Assembly (NCBI RefSeq): GCF_006345805.1
Contig: NC_043000.1
Location: forward strand, 11,656,001 to 11,720,000
Length of the DNA stretch: 64,000 bases
Origin: Octopus sinensis
Taxonomy: Eukaryota
Reading direction: 5' to 3'
The notes below the pieces were generated by a model. That model searched no databases and was not told the DNA's origin. It worked only from the letters and a program-made list of their open reading frames with translations. Positions within the stretch are counted from its first letter, which is position 1, and every line of letters begins with the position of its first letter. Below are positions 62,090 to 64,000 of this stretch, one piece after another. The translations under genes were made by a program, and so were the position numbers.

Positions 62090-63079
62090 CAAAATGTACT
62101 TTTAAGAATTTGCTGGACAGTGTAGGCATTCATAATTGTTTTCTTGTTGTAAAAGTTACATACTCAAGCTAAATCAATAAGCAACGTTCTTTATTATAAG
62201 TATAGATGCATATGAATTTATTTACATTTTCTTAACACAGGTACTGCCTCAGCACTTTAGTTAATTAACAAGCATTGCCAAGGAATTTACTGATATGCAA
62301 TGAGCAAAAGCAGTGTCTGCCACTGAACACTTTTTCCGAAAGTAGATGTAAATTACTGTCTCCTAAGAGTGCTTATTTCACCGGATGAAGTAAGCACTTC
62401 TGATGAGCCGGTAAAACCAGGTGAAACTTGCGGATTGTTTTTGTCAGTTCAATATGTATAGAGAATCCTGTGGTTCACACCGTGATTTAGATTGCCAAAG
62501 CCTATAAAAGGTATATGAATGAATGAATTTACACCTATGTCATGCTTGTGAATTTAAATATATAAGAATGTGTCTTTGCGTGTGTGTATGTATGTATGTA
62601 TGTATGTATGTATGTGGATACATGTGCTTATATGAGTGTTTGTGTGCGTGTGTGCGTGCGTACGTACGTACGTGGTGTGTGTGTGTGTGTGTGTGTGTGT
62701 GAACGAGTATAGGGGGGGCCATGTGTTCGTGTGGCAAATGTTCGTGTGGGTGTGTTTTCCAAGATGAAAATGCAACGAGCGATTGGCGATCGGCAGAGAG
62801 AAGCGTGATTTAAGAAGATGAGACACAGTGTCTGTTGCTGTAGGGGTGGGGGGGGGTATTAGAAGAGTAAGAATGGCAGGTGATGGTGGGAGGTGGCGGT
62901 GGGGGGGGGGGAAGAAGGCGAATGATACGTTGCCAAAAGACATAGACAGACGACACAGAAGAGACATCTTGTGAACTGAATAAACTGGAAAGACCAGCGA
63001 AGGAAACGCAGTATTACTATTCATAATCAGACTCACTCTGTTCTCTCTCTCTCTCTCTGTTTCTCTTTATTCCACTCAC

Positions 63080-63137
63080 AGACAAATACAAACACACACA
63101 CACACACACGCGCACGCACACACGCACACACATACAC

Positions 63138-63177
<40 letters not shown>

Positions 63178-63750
63178 ATATATACTTATGTAGAGAGAGA
63201 GAGAGAGAGAAAGAAAGCGAGAGCGGAGATTGAGAGAGGCATACATACATACACACATACGTACGTAGGTACATACATACACACACATACATACATACAC
63301 ACACATACATTCATATATACATACATACATACATACACACATACATACATACATACATACATACATACACACACACATACATACATATATACACACACAT
63401 ACATGCATACATACATACATACATACATACATACACACATACATATATACATACATACATACATACATACATACACACATACATACATACACACACACAT
63501 ACATACATACACACATATATACATACATACATACATACATACATACATACATACATACATACATACATACACACATACACACATGCATACATACATACAC
63601 ACATACATACATATATACACATACATACATACACACATACATACACACATACACACATGCATACATACATATATACACATACATACATACATACATACAT
63701 ACATACATACATACATACATACATACATACACACATACATACATACATAT
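63080..63750. repeat. (CA)/(TACA)n microsatellite block
   Basis: Direct reading; it runs directly into a B-family 3' half. Confidence 0.95.
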
Positions 63751-63930
63751 TTGACAACCGATGCTGGTGTGTTTACGTCCCCGTCACTTAGCGGTTCGGC
63801 AAAAGAGACCGATAGAATAAGTACTGGGCTTACAAATAATAAGTCCCGGGGGTCGATTTGCTCGACTAAAGGCGGTGCTCCAGCATGGCCGCAGTCAAAA
63901 TGACTGAAACAAGTAAAAGAATAAAAAGAA
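63750..63930 (+). mobile_element. SINE family B 3' half
   Basis: TTGACAACCGATGCTGGTG...GACTGAAACAAGTAAAAG. Confidence 0.9.
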
Positions 63931-64000
63931 TATTTACGTACATATCTACTTTTCTTTTCCTTCTGTTTTCTGACACACTGGTCGGTTACGATGGCGAGTG

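Noticed and set aside
12964-63903. Long ORFs of 150-364 aa (poly-T/V/G, HTHT, MYVC, HTYI)
   Set aside because: They are translations of (GGT)n, (TG)n and (TACA)n microsatellites, open in several frames on both strands.

Overview
This is a eukaryotic, AT-rich, microsatellite-saturated intergenic or intronic window with no intact protein-coding gene that I can support. The repeat content (tRNA-derived CORE-type SINEs carrying internal (TA)/(TG) tracts, RTE-type (GAT)n tails, very long TACA/TG arrays) matches what I recall of Octopus (coleoid cephalopod) DNA; this is an inference, not a database result. Nearly all long ORFs in the track are translated microsatellites. Recognisable coding relics are a piggyBac transposase, mariner and maT/DD37D transposases, Penelope-like RT and GIY-YIG fragments, an RTE C-terminus, and a HERO-like restriction-endonuclease LINE end. 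Non-autonomous elements include Helitrons, a Merlin-like MITE, and piggyBac and mariner MITEs. The most notable signal is a set of short, mutually unrelated elements lodged at (TA)n tracts. They carry minimal type I hammerhead ribozyme cores with palindromic stem-III loops and are partly or wholly folded back into inverted repeats (28.2, 36.3 and 52.6 kb; a related fold-back without a full core at 50.7 kb). The 28.2-kb element encodes a complete hammerhead on both strands. The second notable signal is a SINE family that repeatedly nests into its own head at one site (GGTATTTCG). A 100-N assembly gap lies at 7831-7930. Many coordinates of degenerate repeats are approximate to about 10 bp.
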